From positions 248,001 through 312,000 of the forward strand of contig JAHCIT010000002.1 in the NCBI GenBank assembly GCA_026129095.1: a stretch of 64,000 nucleotides of DNA, in the 5' to 3' direction. The position numbers and the translations under genes were made by a program. Positions 1 to 10,006 of this stretch are shown one piece after another. Origin of the DNA: Deltaproteobacteria bacterium (GTDB taxonomy: Bacteria; JAGRBM01; JAHCIT01). The notes under the pieces are model-generated. The model saw only the letters and a program-made list of their open reading frames with translations. It ran no database searches and had not been told where the DNA came from. The number at the start of each line of letters is the position of its first letter. Within the stretch, counting starts at the first letter, position 1.

Positions 1-722
1 CATTTCTCGGCCCCCTCCTGGCTGTCGGCCTGATGCTGCTGTGGGCCAATGACTTCCGCTCCGTGTTCTGGGTGGCCGTTGTTCCGGGGCTGCTCGCCGT
101 GGCGCTGCTGGCGGCCGGCGTGCGCGAGCCGGGACGTCCCGCCGGTGGAAAACGCACCAGTCCCATCCGCCGGGAGAACCTGAGGCGCCTCAGCGGCGCG
201 TACTGGTGGGTCACCGGTGTGGGCGGTGTTTTCGCCCTGGCCCGGTTCAGCGAGGCGTTCCTGGTGCTGCGGGCCCAGCAGGGCGGAATACCCGTCGCGC
301 TGGTGCCGCTGGTGCTGGTGGCGATGAACGCCGTCTATGCGGTTTCCGCCTATCCGTTCGGCAGGCTGTCCGACCGGATGAACCGCAAGACGCTCCTGGC
401 ACTGGGTCTTGCCGTCCTGATCGCCGCCGATCTCGTTCTGGCGATGGACAGCCACTGGACCACGGTGCTCGCCGGTGTCGTGCTGTGGGGAGTCCACATG
501 GGCATGACGCAGGGCCTGCTGGCAGCGATGGTGGCCGATACGGCACCGGCCGATCTCCGGGGCACCGCCTTCGGATTCTTCAATCTGGTGAGCGGGGCCG
601 CGATGCTCGTCGCCAGCACCGTGGCCGGCCTGCTGTGGGACCAGATGGGCGCGTCGTTCACCTTCTACGCGGGAGCCGCGTTCAGTGTCATCGCCCTGCT
701 CGGCCTGCTCAGGAAGATCTGA
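1..722 (+). CDS. MFS transporter (5' end outside window)
   Basis: Multiple hydrophobic helices; MFS motif-A-like GRLSDRMNRK; RGTAFG loop. Confidence 0.9.
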   Translation, partial: FLGPLLAVGLMLLWANDFRSVFWVAVVPGLLAVALLAAGVREPGRPAGGKRTSPIRRENLRRLSGAYWWVTGVGGVFALARFSEAFLVLRAQQGGIPVALVPLVLVAMNAVYAVSAYPFGRLSDRMNRKTLLALGLAVLIAADLVLAMDSHWTTVLAGVVLWGVHMGMTQGLLAAMVADTAPADLRGTAFGFFNLVSGAAMLVASTVAGLLWDQMGASFTFYAGAAFSVIALLGLLRKI

Positions 723-738
723 CCGGTGTTGATGGCGG
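695..738. repeat. 44-bp direct repeat, copy 1 (contains MFS stop codon)
   Basis: CCTGCTCGGCCTGCTCAGGAAGATCTGACCGGTGTTGATGGCGG; 42/44 identical to 1673..1716. Confidence 0.95.
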
Positions 739-1545
739 CGGCAGGAACCGCTCGGGCCGCGTCGCGGCGCCCACATACCGCATGACGAACTGCATCCCCC
801 GGCGGTTGGCGAACCGGGGAACGGCGGCAAACCCCCACCGCCCGAGCCGGCAGATCCGCTCGAACCACCGCTGGTCGGAGGCGGGCCACGGGATGCCGAA
901 CCGCTCACGCACCGGCTCCGGCAGCGTGCCGGTAACGACGATCCGGCCCGCGTTCCGCAGGACGGGGTTGCGGAAGCTGCTTCTGACGAGCGGGGGCCGC
1001 CAGTCGCCCGCGAGCGCAAGACCGAGCGTGTGTTTTGCCGATGGCGTCATTTCGAGACGGGTCCGGCAGAACATGTCGAACCGGTCGCAGAAGGAACGGT
1101 AGTCACCGGGCACGCCGTCATAGAACACGCCGTACAGGCGGTACCACTCGACGGTGTCGGCATAGAGCCGTTCCAGGTCCACGCGGGCGAGCCCGCCCAG
1201 GTGGAACAGGCGGATCGATTCAAAAACTTCCCAGGTGAACGTCGCGTGGGCCCACCACCAGGTCTCGGGTTCGAGGGCCCGGTAGTCCTGCCCGTGCCGG
1301 TCCTTGCCGTTGATGGTCCGGTGAAGATCGCGGATCCTTTTCGCCCGCTCCGCGCCACCCTTCTGGAGCACCGTCGCCCATATCTGGGGGATGGACCGGT
1401 AGACCCGTCCGAAGGGATTGGCGAAAAAGTCCGACTGCGCGCCGATGGCGGCGCCCAGCGGCGGATACATGAGCTGGAGTATTCCGGCCGTTCCGCCCGG
1501 AAAGAACGAGCGCCAGTCACCCAGGTAACGGATCAGAAGCTGCAT
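709..1545 (-). CDS. Oxygenase MpaB / DUF2236 family protein
   Basis: YLGDWR, LQLMYP, IRDLHRTINGKD...YRALEPETWWWAHAT motifs typical of DUF2236; start uncertain (ATG 1545 or a slightly upstream GTG). Confidence 0.8.
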   Translation of the reverse strand: MQLLIRYLGDWRSFFPGGTAGILQLMYPPLGAAIGAQSDFFANPFGRVYRSIPQIWATVLQKGGAERAKRIRDLHRTINGKDRHGQDYRALEPETWWWAHATFTWEVFESIRLFHLGGLARVDLERLYADTVEWYRLYGVFYDGVPGDYRSFCDRFDMFCRTRLEMTPSAKHTLGLALAGDWRPPLVRSSFRNPVLRNAGRIVVTGTLPEPVRERFGIPWPASDQRWFERICRLGRWGFAAVPRFANRRGMQFVMRYVGAATRPERFLPPPSTPVRSS

Positions 1546-1672
1546 GCGGCCCCCGGTCTCCACTCCCGAAACATACCGGTGCCGTCCGGCAGTGGCTACT
1601 CGGACCGGGGAAATTGCGAGTAAAGCCCGCACGCCCTTCAAAGGCCGGAAACCGGGATTACCGGGCGAGCAT

Positions 1673-1716
1673 CCTGCTCGGTCTGCTCAGGAAGATCTGA
1701 CCGGTGTTGCTGGCGG
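1673..1716. repeat. 44-bp direct repeat, copy 2
   Basis: CCTGCTCGGTCTGCTCAGGAAGATCTGACCGGTGTTGCTGGCGG; 978 bp from copy 1. Confidence 0.95.
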
Positions 1717-1726
1717 ATGAGCGGTT

Positions 1727-2086
1727 TCAGTCACGCTCGCGGGCGCCCTGGCAACTGACGCAGAAGGGTGCCTCCGGCCGGGCCTTCAGCCGCCGGTAAC
1801 CGATGGGCTCGCCGCAGTCGGCGCACCAGCCATAGGAGCCGTTCCCGAAGCGCAGGAGCGCGGCCTCGACCCGCTGCAGCCGGAGCCCGGTTTCGGCCTG
1901 GCTCGCCTTGGCGAGCATCTGGTTCTGCATGGCGTCCATCCGGGTGAGCCGCCCGATCGACTGCTCCAGGTCCACGGGCTGGACGCTGCCAGCCGACTGC
2001 GCCAGTCCCTCGGCCAGCTGCGTTTTCAGCCGGAGAAGACCGGCTTCCAGTTCCCGACTCTCGGATTCGGACAGTTCGGATGGCAT
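1727..2086 (-). CDS. TraR/DksA C4-type zinc finger protein
   Basis: Coiled coil with GRLTRMDAMQ, then YGWCADCGEPI...RL.ARP.APFCVSC. Confidence 0.9.
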   Translation of the reverse strand: MPSELSESESRELEAGLLRLKTQLAEGLAQSAGSVQPVDLEQSIGRLTRMDAMQNQMLAKASQAETGLRLQRVEAALLRFGNGSYGWCADCGEPIGYRRLKARPEAPFCVSCQGARERD

Positions 2087-2143
2087 CAGGGCCTGCCTAG
2101 CACAATTTTCCGGTTCATGAACGGCCGGGGCGACGGCCCCTGA

Positions 2144-2593
2144 TCAGCGGAGTTTCGCCGCCTCACGCTCCAGGTCGTCCGCCCAGTCGCGGTTGAACCG
2201 GTAGACGAGGGGCTGCATGGCCCGGGTCATTACGGCGAGCAGACCCTCGGCGATCTCCCGGTGGCGGACCCGGGTGCGGGAGGGGCCCAGCGGCTCGAAG
2301 TCGAACCGGTGCTCGACCGACCCCAGGACTGAACCCGGCCGGCCCAGCCCCCACCCCACCACCCGGTCCCTGTCGTGGTGGAAGACGGTCATGCTGAGGG
2401 CGGCGGGGGCGAAATCGGGCTTGAAGCGGATCCGGGTGCCAACCCGCCAGGGACCGGCAGAAAGCTGCCGGGCGGAGGGAATCCGGCGGACCCAGCGGGG
2501 CCAGCCGCCGATATTCTCCAGCAGCGCGAACAGCTTCCCCACTGGCGCATCCAGCTCATGAACGTAGTCTATATAGACGAACCTGGGTTTCAT
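2144..2593 (-). CDS. SRPBCC (polyketide cyclase/START-like) family protein
   Basis: LDAPVGKLFALL...WPRW N-terminus; EHRFDFEP...TRVRHRE. Confidence 0.75.
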   Translation of the reverse strand: MKPRFVYIDYVHELDAPVGKLFALLENIGGWPRWVRRIPSARQLSAGPWRVGTRIRFKPDFAPAALSMTVFHHDRDRVVGWGLGRPGSVLGSVEHRFDFEPLGPSRTRVRHREIAEGLLAVMTRAMQPLVYRFNRDWADDLEREAAKLR

Positions 2594-2636
2594 CTGGCTC
2601 CCGATGGAATGGCCTCAAGAGGCCACGTCCCTCAGT

Positions 2637-4832
2637 CTAGTTCATGAGCGGGCGGGAGGCGGACCCGGCCGCTGATCTGGTCTGGCCGGGGGCGGGCCGG
2701 CGCGGGCCGCCCACCGGGAGCAGCACCTGGAATGTCGTCCCCCTGCCCGGCGCGGACTGGACCGAGATGGTCCCTCCGTGACGGTTGACGATACCCAGTA
2801 CGGCGGGAAGTCCGAGGCCGTGGCCGGATTTCTTGGTGGTGAAGAACGGCTCAAAAAGCCGCTGCTGGACCTCGGGCGCGATGCCGTGGCCCGTGTCGCT
2901 CACCGACAGCAGGATGCAGGACCGGTCTTCCATCGCGGCGGGAATCTCGGCTGCGGCGGCGGGCCGCGTGGTGATGCGGACCGTTCCCTCCCGCCCCTCC
3001 AGCGCATCCGACGCGTTGACCACGAGGTTCATGATTACCTGGCCGAGCTGAACCGGATCGGCCTGGACCAGCGGCAACGCGGGATCCAGGTCGAGTGCCA
3101 GTTCCGCCCCGGCGGCGATGCGTCCACTGACGGCGCGGACGGTTTCACCGACGAGGCGGTTGATATCGACCGGCGTGGTCGTCAGCGGACTGCGGCCGGC
3201 GTATGAAAGAAGCTGGCGTACCATGTCCGCCGCCTGTCTTGCCGCCGCACGGATGTTGCCCGTGATCTGGCGGTCCTCGATGGTGAGGGCGTCCGACAGG
3301 CCCAGCAGGTCGGTATTGCCGAGAATCGTCGCGAGGATGTTGTTGAAGTCGTGGGCGACCCCGGCGGCCAGCATGCCCAGGCTCTCCATCCGGCGGACCT
3401 CGGCCAGCTCGCGCTCGGTTTCCCGCTGCTGGTCGTCGGCCTGCTTGCGGCTGGTGATGTCGGTCGAGATGCCGCACAGGGCGTAGGTTTTCCCGTCCAG
3501 CTCCTTCAGCGGAAACAGGACCGTGATGAAAATGCGCTCCTGCCCGGTGGTGTCGCGGAACCGGTCCTCGAACGAGAGGGGGACGCTGCGCTCGATGGCC
3601 ATCCGGTTGTTCTCCGCGAAGGCGGCGGCACTGGCCGGGAACAGCTCGGCGTCGGTCCTGCCGGTCACTTCCGCCTCGGACAGCCCGGTGAGTTCCAGGA
3701 ACCCGTGGTTCACCAGCTGGTAGCGGCCGTGCAGGTCCTTGATGAAGATGATCGAGGCGGTGTTGTTCACGATCGCCAGCAGCCGCTGCTGGCTGTCGCG
3801 GACCTGGCGGATCAGGTCCGCCTGCACCTTGTGGCTGGCCCAGTGCCGGAGGCCGAAAAATCCCGCGAGCCCGAGCGCGAGCGGCAGGGTGACGTAGAGC
3901 GGCTGGCGGGACATCTCCACCCTGAACATCAGGGCGACGATGGACATCCAGGCCAGCGCGAACGCCGGCACGAGGGATTCGGCGGCGAGCGGCTGGCTTG
4001 CAGCCGGAAGCCCCGCTGCGTCCTGTCCGGCACGGGCCGTCACGTGACCCTGCTCGATCGCCGCCCAGCCCAGAATGACGAACGAGAGCAGCCACATGAC
4101 ATCGAGATTCCAGCCGACGGCATATTCGCCGGTCAGGACCACATGGCCATAGATGACGCTGGCGACCGAATTGACCGCGATGGCAACGATCAGCAGCAGG
4201 AGAACCAGCCGGTTTTCCTCCCAGGTGTGCTGCCAGAGCGAGATGAGGCCGAACAGGAGGGCCGAGAGGTGAAGTACCGGGTAGCCGAGGGCCGTGAGCA
4301 GGGCGACCAGCGAACCGTCCCAGGTGCGGATGATCTCCCCGAAGACGAAGGCCACCGTAAGGAGGTCGGCGCAGATCACGACGCCCAGGTCGGCGATACC
4401 GAGCAGGCTGATCTTCCGGGCGGGCGAGCGCGAGCGGTAGAACAGGATGCCGGCGGTGAACAGGACCGGAAACGCGAGGAAACCGGCGTCGGCCAGAGCC
4501 GGAAACGGCTCGTACTCGAACAGGACCAGTTCCGACCAGCTCCAGGCGAGCATGCCGCCGAACCAGGCGAATGCCCCCGCCGACAGGCATCGCCAGGCCG
4601 CACGGTACGATGGCTCGGAAACCCGGCGGGCGGCCCTCAGGCAGAGGATACCACTGGTGAAGGAGGCGAGGGTCCACCAGAAGTCGGACCAGGCATGCAC
4701 CGCCCATTCGTTGCCATCCAGCACGGCGACACCGACCGAAAAGACCACCGCCATGGCCAGGATGAAACCCGTGGCCGCGAAACGCCGGGCATCCGGCGCG
4801 ACACTACTGGTAAAGCCCTCAGTCCCCGGCAC
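2637..4832 (-). CDS. Membrane-bound PAS-domain sensor histidine kinase
   Basis: ~10 TM helices, PAS (IFIKDLHGRYQLVN), H-box AGVAHDFNN, N-box NLVVNASDA, G boxes DTGHG/FFTTK/GHGLGL. Confidence 0.92.
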   Translation of the reverse strand: MPGTEGFTSSVAPDARRFAATGFILAMAVVFSVGVAVLDGNEWAVHAWSDFWWTLASFTSGILCLRAARRVSEPSYRAAWRCLSAGAFAWFGGMLAWSWSELVLFEYEPFPALADAGFLAFPVLFTAGILFYRSRSPARKISLLGIADLGVVICADLLTVAFVFGEIIRTWDGSLVALLTALGYPVLHLSALLFGLISLWQHTWEENRLVLLLLIVAIAVNSVASVIYGHVVLTGEYAVGWNLDVMWLLSFVILGWAAIEQGHVTARAGQDAAGLPAASQPLAAESLVPAFALAWMSIVALMFRVEMSRQPLYVTLPLALGLAGFFGLRHWASHKVQADLIRQVRDSQQRLLAIVNNTASIIFIKDLHGRYQLVNHGFLELTGLSEAEVTGRTDAELFPASAAAFAENNRMAIERSVPLSFEDRFRDTTGQERIFITVLFPLKELDGKTYALCGISTDITSRKQADDQQRETERELAEVRRMESLGMLAAGVAHDFNNILATILGNTDLLGLSDALTIEDRQITGNIRAAARQAADMVRQLLSYAGRSPLTTTPVDINRLVGETVRAVSGRIAAGAELALDLDPALPLVQADPVQLGQVIMNLVVNASDALEGREGTVRITTRPAAAAEIPAAMEDRSCILLSVSDTGHGIAPEVQQRLFEPFFTTKKSGHGLGLPAVLGIVNRHGGTISVQSAPGRGTTFQVLLPVGGPRRPAPGQTRSAAGSASRPLMN

Positions 4833-4946
4833 ATGCCCTCCGGCCTGTCACGGTCCCATACACGTACGCGGCTCGATACTGCCGATACTGGAAGGGGAAG
4901 TATATCCCGTCCGGGTGCAAAAGGGGATGCAGGGAAGGACCGGAAG

Positions 4947-5558
4947 CTATCTTGCCGACAGCATCCGGACGGCGAATTCGGTGAGGTAGTCGATCACCGG
5001 GGCGAGGTCCGGGCGGCGGCCCTCCACATGGGCGCGGGCGAAGCTGATGGTGAGTGCGATCATCGCCTCGGCCGTGAGATCTGCCCTTTCCGGGCTCAGG
5101 GGCCTGCCCGTGACCTGTCCCAGCCCGACGAGATCGGCCACAAGGTCGTCGTGCAGTTCCTGGCGGAGCTGCCGCGCCTGCTCGCCCAGCGGCGAACCGG
5201 CATGGTCGAGTTCCCGCAGGAACAGGTCGAACAGCCGCGGATGACCGGCCAGGACCTCAAGCGGAAGGCGGAACGTCTCGCGGACGGCATCCAGACTGGC
5301 CAGGTTGCCGACCTTCGCACGGGCCTCGCGCAGCAGGCGCCTCAGTTCCGATATGCGCTCGTAGGCGAGCGTCCGCACGAGGTCTTCCTTGTCGCGGAAA
5401 TGGACATAGAAGGTGGGCTGGGCGATGCCCGCCTCGCGGGCGACGGCGCTCGCCGACAGCCCGGCATAGCCGTGCTCGCCGAGCAGCCGCGTGGCCGCCT
5501 CCAGAAGGCGGGTCCGGGTGATGAGCTTGCCTTCGTCCCGTGTGAGTGCCGCCCGCAC
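4947..5558 (-). CDS. TetR/AcrR family regulator
   Basis: HTH VAREAGIAQPTFYVHFRDKEDL; divergent from a monooxygenase. Confidence 0.92.
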   Translation of the reverse strand: MRAALTRDEGKLITRTRLLEAATRLLGEHGYAGLSASAVAREAGIAQPTFYVHFRDKEDLVRTLAYERISELRRLLREARAKVGNLASLDAVRETFRLPLEVLAGHPRLFDLFLRELDHAGSPLGEQARQLRQELHDDLVADLVGLGQVTGRPLSPERADLTAEAMIALTISFARAHVEGRRPDLAPVIDYLTEFAVRMLSAR

Positions 5559-5669
5559 CGCCTGGAAACCTCCTGATTACCGATAGATATATACTAAAAA
5601 TGCAGTTTTATATCCTCGTTAACTAGCTGTAAATACTATATAATATGTAATCTATCAATAAAAAACAGA

Positions 5670-5699
5670 TTGACATGACAGTTTCACCAATACTATTAT
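5670..5699 (+). promoter_or_regulatory. Putative sigma70 promoter of the monooxygenase
   Basis: TTGACA-N18-TATTAT in an AT-rich intergenic island. Confidence 0.55.
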
Positions 5700-5776
5700 C
5701 GGCGAACTGGACGCCGGTTCGCGTCCTCGCAACATCCGAAATGAGCCCGATGGTTACTGACGAAGGAGAACTGCCC

Positions 5777-7321
5777 ATGTCCGCCACCCGGATCTTTCCC
5801 GACTCCCAGAAGACCCAGAAAACCGGCGACTTCCCGATCGTGATCGTCGGGTCCGGGTTTTCCGGCCTGTGCATGGGGATTCTCCTCAGGAAGGCCGGCA
5901 TCGAGTCGTTCACCATCCTGGAGAAGGCGGACGAGGTGGGCGGCACCTGGCGCGACAACACCTACCCCGGTGCCGCGTGCGACGTTCAGTCCTACCTCTA
6001 CTCCTACTCGTTCGAGCCCCGCACCGACTGGTCGCGGGCATTCTCGCCCCAGCCCGAAATCCTGGACTACCTCAGGCACTGCGCCCGCAAGTACGACCTC
6101 TACCGGCACATCCGGTTCGGGTCGGAGGTCGAAAAGGGCGTGTTCGACGAGCGCACCGGTACGTGGACGGTGCATGTGAGGAATGCCGCCCCGGTGAAGG
6201 CGCGCGCCCTCGTCATGGGCACCGGCGCGCTGCACATCCCGGCCTATCCCAGCTTCAAGGGAATGGACCGGTTCGAGGGGCGCACGTTCCACTCGGCCCG
6301 CTGGGACCATGGCTACGACCTTGCCGGCAAGACCGTGGCCGTCATCGGCACTGGCGCCAGCGCCATCCAGTTCGTTCCGGAGATCCAGCCGAAGGTAAAA
6401 AAGCTCCACCTGTTCCAGCGCACCGCCCCGTGGGTGCTGCCCAAGCCCGACCGGCGCATGAAGGACTGGGAACACACCCTGTTCCGGTCGGTCCCGGCGG
6501 CCCAGTGGCTGCACCGGGCGGGCCTCTACTGGACGCTCGAATCCCGGGTGCTCGGCTTTGCCGTGGACCCGCGCCTGCTGATGATGGCCGAGAAGCTGGG
6601 CATCCGGTACCTGAACAAGGTGGTGAAGGATCCGGAACTGCGCCGCAAGCTCACACCCGACTACCACATGGGGTGCAAGCGGATTCTCATGTCGAACGAC
6701 TACTACCAGTCGCTCTGCCAGCCGAATGCCGAGGTGGTTACCGAGGCCATTGACTGCATCACTCCCCGCGGCATCCGCACAAAGGACGGCACGGAGCGGC
6801 CGGTGGACGCGATCCTGTTCGGAACCGGCTTCAGCGTGACCGAGAGCCTCGCGCCGGTTCCGCTTCAGGGGCTCGGCGGCCAGGATTTCAACGACGCCTG
6901 GAGGAAAAGCCCCGGCGCCTACTACGGCATCACGCGGTCGGGCTTTCCGAATCTCTACATCATGATGGGGCCCAACACCGGCCTCGGACACAACTCCATG
7001 GTGTTCATGATCGAGGCACAGGCCCGTTACGCGGTCCAGTGCATCGGGAAGCTCCGCTCCAGGCGGCTCGCCTGGATGGACGTCAGGCAGGATGTCGAGA
7101 GCGCGCAGTTCTGGTCGATCCAGAAGAAACTCAGGAAATCGGTCTGGGCCTCCGGCTGCAAGAGCTGGTACCAGGCCGAAGACGGCACGAACCCGACGCT
7201 GTGGCCAGGCTTTACGTTCGACTACTGGCTGCAAACCCGCCGGGTGAAGCTCGGGGACTACGTGCTCCGCAAGGAGGAGGACGCCCTCCCCCTCGCCGCG
7301 CCGGTGCCCGCCACCGCATGA
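5777..7321 (+). CDS. Flavin-containing (Baeyer-Villiger type) monooxygenase
   Basis: GSGFSG, GGTWRDNTYPGAACD, fingerprint FEGRTFHSARWD, GTGASA; RBS AAGGAG before ATG 5777. Confidence 0.93.
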   Translation: MSATRIFPDSQKTQKTGDFPIVIVGSGFSGLCMGILLRKAGIESFTILEKADEVGGTWRDNTYPGAACDVQSYLYSYSFEPRTDWSRAFSPQPEILDYLRHCARKYDLYRHIRFGSEVEKGVFDERTGTWTVHVRNAAPVKARALVMGTGALHIPAYPSFKGMDRFEGRTFHSARWDHGYDLAGKTVAVIGTGASAIQFVPEIQPKVKKLHLFQRTAPWVLPKPDRRMKDWEHTLFRSVPAAQWLHRAGLYWTLESRVLGFAVDPRLLMMAEKLGIRYLNKVVKDPELRRKLTPDYHMGCKRILMSNDYYQSLCQPNAEVVTEAIDCITPRGIRTKDGTERPVDAILFGTGFSVTESLAPVPLQGLGGQDFNDAWRKSPGAYYGITRSGFPNLYIMMGPNTGLGHNSMVFMIEAQARYAVQCIGKLRSRRLAWMDVRQDVESAQFWSIQKKLRKSVWASGCKSWYQAEDGTNPTLWPGFTFDYWLQTRRVKLGDYVLRKEEDALPLAAPVPATA

Positions 7322-7415
7322 GCCGCGTTCATCTGTAAAAGTTCCGTTCTAACTGCATTCCGGCTGCCACCTGTCATAGGGTTTCAGGGGGCGGTGCGGC
7401 TATCGTGCGGGCACG

Positions 7416-7991
7416 ATGCTGAAACTGCTCGGACGCCTGATCCTGCTGCTGCTCGGCTGGAAGCCCGAAGGGCCGGTCCCCTCGCACGAAAAGTGCGTGA
7501 TGATCGCCGCCCCGCACACGAGCAACTGGGATCTCGTCATCACCCTCGCCCTCACTCATGTGATGGGCCGGCCGATCCGCTGGATGGGAAAGGACGCGAT
7601 CTTCCGGTTCCCGTTCGGCTGGATCATGCGCCAGCTGGGCGGCATTCCGGTGGACCGCAGCGCCCATCACAACCTCGTCCACTACACGGCGGACTACATC
7701 CGCAAGCACAAGGAGCCGCTCATCATCACGGTCCCGGCCGAGGCGACCCGCAGCCGCGCCGACTACTGGAAGTCCGGCTTCTACCACATCGCGATGGAGG
7801 CGGGGGTTCCGGTCTACCTGGGCTATCTGGACTACCGGCGGCGGCGCGGGGGCTACGGACCCGCCATCCGGCTCACCGGAAACCAGCGCGCCGACATGGA
7901 CCTGATCCGCGAGTTCTACCGGGACAAGACGGCGAAATACCCCGAAGAGTTCGGCCCCATCCGGCTCCGAGACGAGGAACTGGCGGCGTAG
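7416..7991 (+). CDS. Lysophospholipid/1-acyl-G3P acyltransferase (PlsC family)
   Basis: PHTSNWD (HX4D), GGIPVDR, AEATR motifs. Confidence 0.9.
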   Translation: MLKLLGRLILLLLGWKPEGPVPSHEKCVMIAAPHTSNWDLVITLALTHVMGRPIRWMGKDAIFRFPFGWIMRQLGGIPVDRSAHHNLVHYTADYIRKHKEPLIITVPAEATRSRADYWKSGFYHIAMEAGVPVYLGYLDYRRRRGGYGPAIRLTGNQRADMDLIREFYRDKTAKYPEEFGPIRLRDEELAA

Positions 7992-8076
7992 CTCTCCCCA
8001 GATCATGCGCTTGCGCGCCCTCTCGCGGCCCCGTTACGCTCCGGTCCACCCAGTCCCAACCGGAGCGGCCCACACG

Positions 8077-8841
8077 ATGAAATACCGGCGCCTTCAGATC
8101 CTGTCCGCCGTCACGATTTTTTCCGTCGCATTCCTTTCCGCCGCGCTTCTGCCGGCCTGCAGCGAAAAGGCCTCTGGAGAGGCGGCGATGGATTCCGGCA
8201 TGCACATGGAAAAGGGGTTCGCCGGACGGGCGATGGCCATGTCGATGCCGGTCCCGGACGAGCCGCCGCCGGACGACGACGCCTCCGGCGCCCCGGAGGT
8301 GAAGAACCGGGTGCTGGTCTACCGGGCGGACATCTCGCTGGAGGTCGCCGATGCGGAGGCGGCCCGCACGCGGATTTCGGAACTGGCACTGGAGATGGGC
8401 GGATATGTCCAGAGCGCGTCGAACCGGTCGGTCACGGTGCGGATACCGGCCCCGGTGCTGGACGATGCCATGACGAAGTTCGGCAACCTGGGAAAGGTGA
8501 CGGAGAAGAACATCACGGCCGATGACGTGACCGGTTCCTACCGCGACCTGGAGATGCGGATCGCCAACCTGGAAAAGGCCCGCGAGCGCTACGTGGAGAT
8601 CCTCAAGAGGGCCACGGCCGTCCAGGATGTGCTCGCCGTCGAGCGCGAACTGGAGCGGGTCACCAGCGAGCTGGAGATGTACCGGGCCCAGTTCCGGCGG
8701 CTGCACGAGCGGGTGTCGCTCTCCACCGTCACGATCCGGCTCATCGAGGAAAAGGAACTGAAACGGCCCGGCCCGCTGGGCTGGGTCTTCAAGGGACTCT
8801 ATCTCGCCGTGGCGTGGCTGTTCGTCTGGCCGCCGGTCTAG
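8077..8841 (+). CDS. DUF4349-domain lipoprotein
   Basis: Lipobox LPAC; GGYV...VRIP...DDVT.SY.DL..RI coiled coil; C-terminal TM. Confidence 0.8.
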   Translation: MKYRRLQILSAVTIFSVAFLSAALLPACSEKASGEAAMDSGMHMEKGFAGRAMAMSMPVPDEPPPDDDASGAPEVKNRVLVYRADISLEVADAEAARTRISELALEMGGYVQSASNRSVTVRIPAPVLDDAMTKFGNLGKVTEKNITADDVTGSYRDLEMRIANLEKARERYVEILKRATAVQDVLAVERELERVTSELEMYRAQFRRLHERVSLSTVTIRLIEEKELKRPGPLGWVFKGLYLAVAWLFVWPPV

Positions 8842-8877
8842 GTGGTCGGCCGGAATCGCCGGGGATTCAGGGAAACT

Positions 8878-9153
8878 TCAGGCCGACTTGGACTTCGTCT
8901 TGTGCCCGCTCACGGCCTTGGTGAGGCGGCTGATGCGGCGTGAGGCGTTGTTGCGGTGGAGGACGCCCTTGCTCTGGGCGCGGTCCAGGTAGGAGGCCGC
9001 TTGCTTGTAGATCTCGTCCAGCTTGGGGTCGTTCTTCTGCATCGCCTCGCGGACGTTGCGGACCAGCGTCCTCCAGGTGGAGGTTACGCGGCGGTTGCGC
9101 TCATGACGGGTCGCTTCCTGACGGGCACGCTTGGCGGCAGAGGGCTTGGGCAC
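8878..9153 (-). CDS. rpsT: 30S ribosomal protein S20
   Basis: SAAKRARQ...RN; LDRAQSKGVLHRNNASRRISRL; GTG start with AGGAG RBS. Confidence 0.95.
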   Translation of the reverse strand: MPKPSAAKRARQEATRHERNRRVTSTWRTLVRNVREAMQKNDPKLDEIYKQAASYLDRAQSKGVLHRNNASRRISRLTKAVSGHKTKSKSA

Positions 9154-9364
9154 GGGGGTCTTCTCCTGCTTGGTTTCCGGTGCGCCCGGAACGGTTCCGG
9201 GGCCACATAAAGGCCGCCATTTCCCACCACCGGGGGCGGCCACAAGGGCCCGGCTTTATACGGTTGGCGGCGGCAGGTCAAGGGCGGCCTCCGGGCCGGG
9301 AACGGGGCCTGAACCCGGTTCACGAACAGCCCGGAAACTCCCGCCGGAATGTCCACAAATTTCC

Positions 9365-9422
9365 TTGACGCGATGCACCTGCTTGGGTAGCTTGCGGGCG
9401 GTGATTGATTGTTCAGTCAATC
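9365..9422 (+). promoter_or_regulatory. Sigma70 promoter plus downstream palindromic operator of SCP2 cluster
   Basis: TTGACG-N17-TAGCTT (9365..9393); GATTGATTG-TT-CAGTCAATC (9403..9422). Confidence 0.6.
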
Positions 9423-9517
9423 CGTAATTCATCCCGCGGGAAGGCTATCGCCGGGCATGGGGCCCACTGAAGTCTATCGCGCACAGACCAAATACCAATA
9501 TTCCGGGAGTGGAAGCC

Positions 9518-9862
9518 ATGTCCGAGAAGTTCACTGACTGCAAACCGATTTTCGAGCGGATCCAGAAGGGTCTTGCCGCCAATGCCGATGCCGCCAAGGC
9601 CAATGTGGGCGGCGTGTTCAAGTTCGTCGTGACCGGCGACAAGGGCGGCACCTGGCTGGTCAACTGCAAGGACAACGTGGGCGTGACGGCCGCCGACGGC
9701 GATGCCGACTGCACCATCACGGTGGACGACGAAACCTTCCTTGCGATCAACAACCGCGAGATGGACGGCCAGATGGCGTTCATGAGCGGCAAGCTGATGG
9801 TCTCGGGCGACATGTCCTTCGCGTTCAAGCTGGGACAGGTGCTCGGCGGCGGACAGCAGTAA
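9518..9862 (+). CDS. SCP2 sterol/lipid-binding domain protein
   Basis: GGTWLV...ADCTI...MAFMSGKLMVSGDMSFAFKL. Confidence 0.92.
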   Translation: MSEKFTDCKPIFERIQKGLAANADAAKANVGGVFKFVVTGDKGGTWLVNCKDNVGVTAADGDADCTITVDDETFLAINNREMDGQMAFMSGKLMVSGDMSFAFKLGQVLGGGQQ

Positions 9863-10006
9863 GTTCCGCTCCGGGCCGTGCCCGGACGGCTGCACGGCAA
9901 CCGTGCTCACCGCAGGCCGGGGTCTGGCGTCAGTCGCCGGCTCCGGCCTCGTTTTTGAGCCCCCTCATTCACCCTTATCCAGTCCAAGAGGAGTCGAGAC
10001 ACGAAC

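Noticed and set aside
3351-5576. 741-aa + strand ORF
   Set aside because: Antisense shadow of the kinase and TetR genes; no motifs; expected in high-GC DNA
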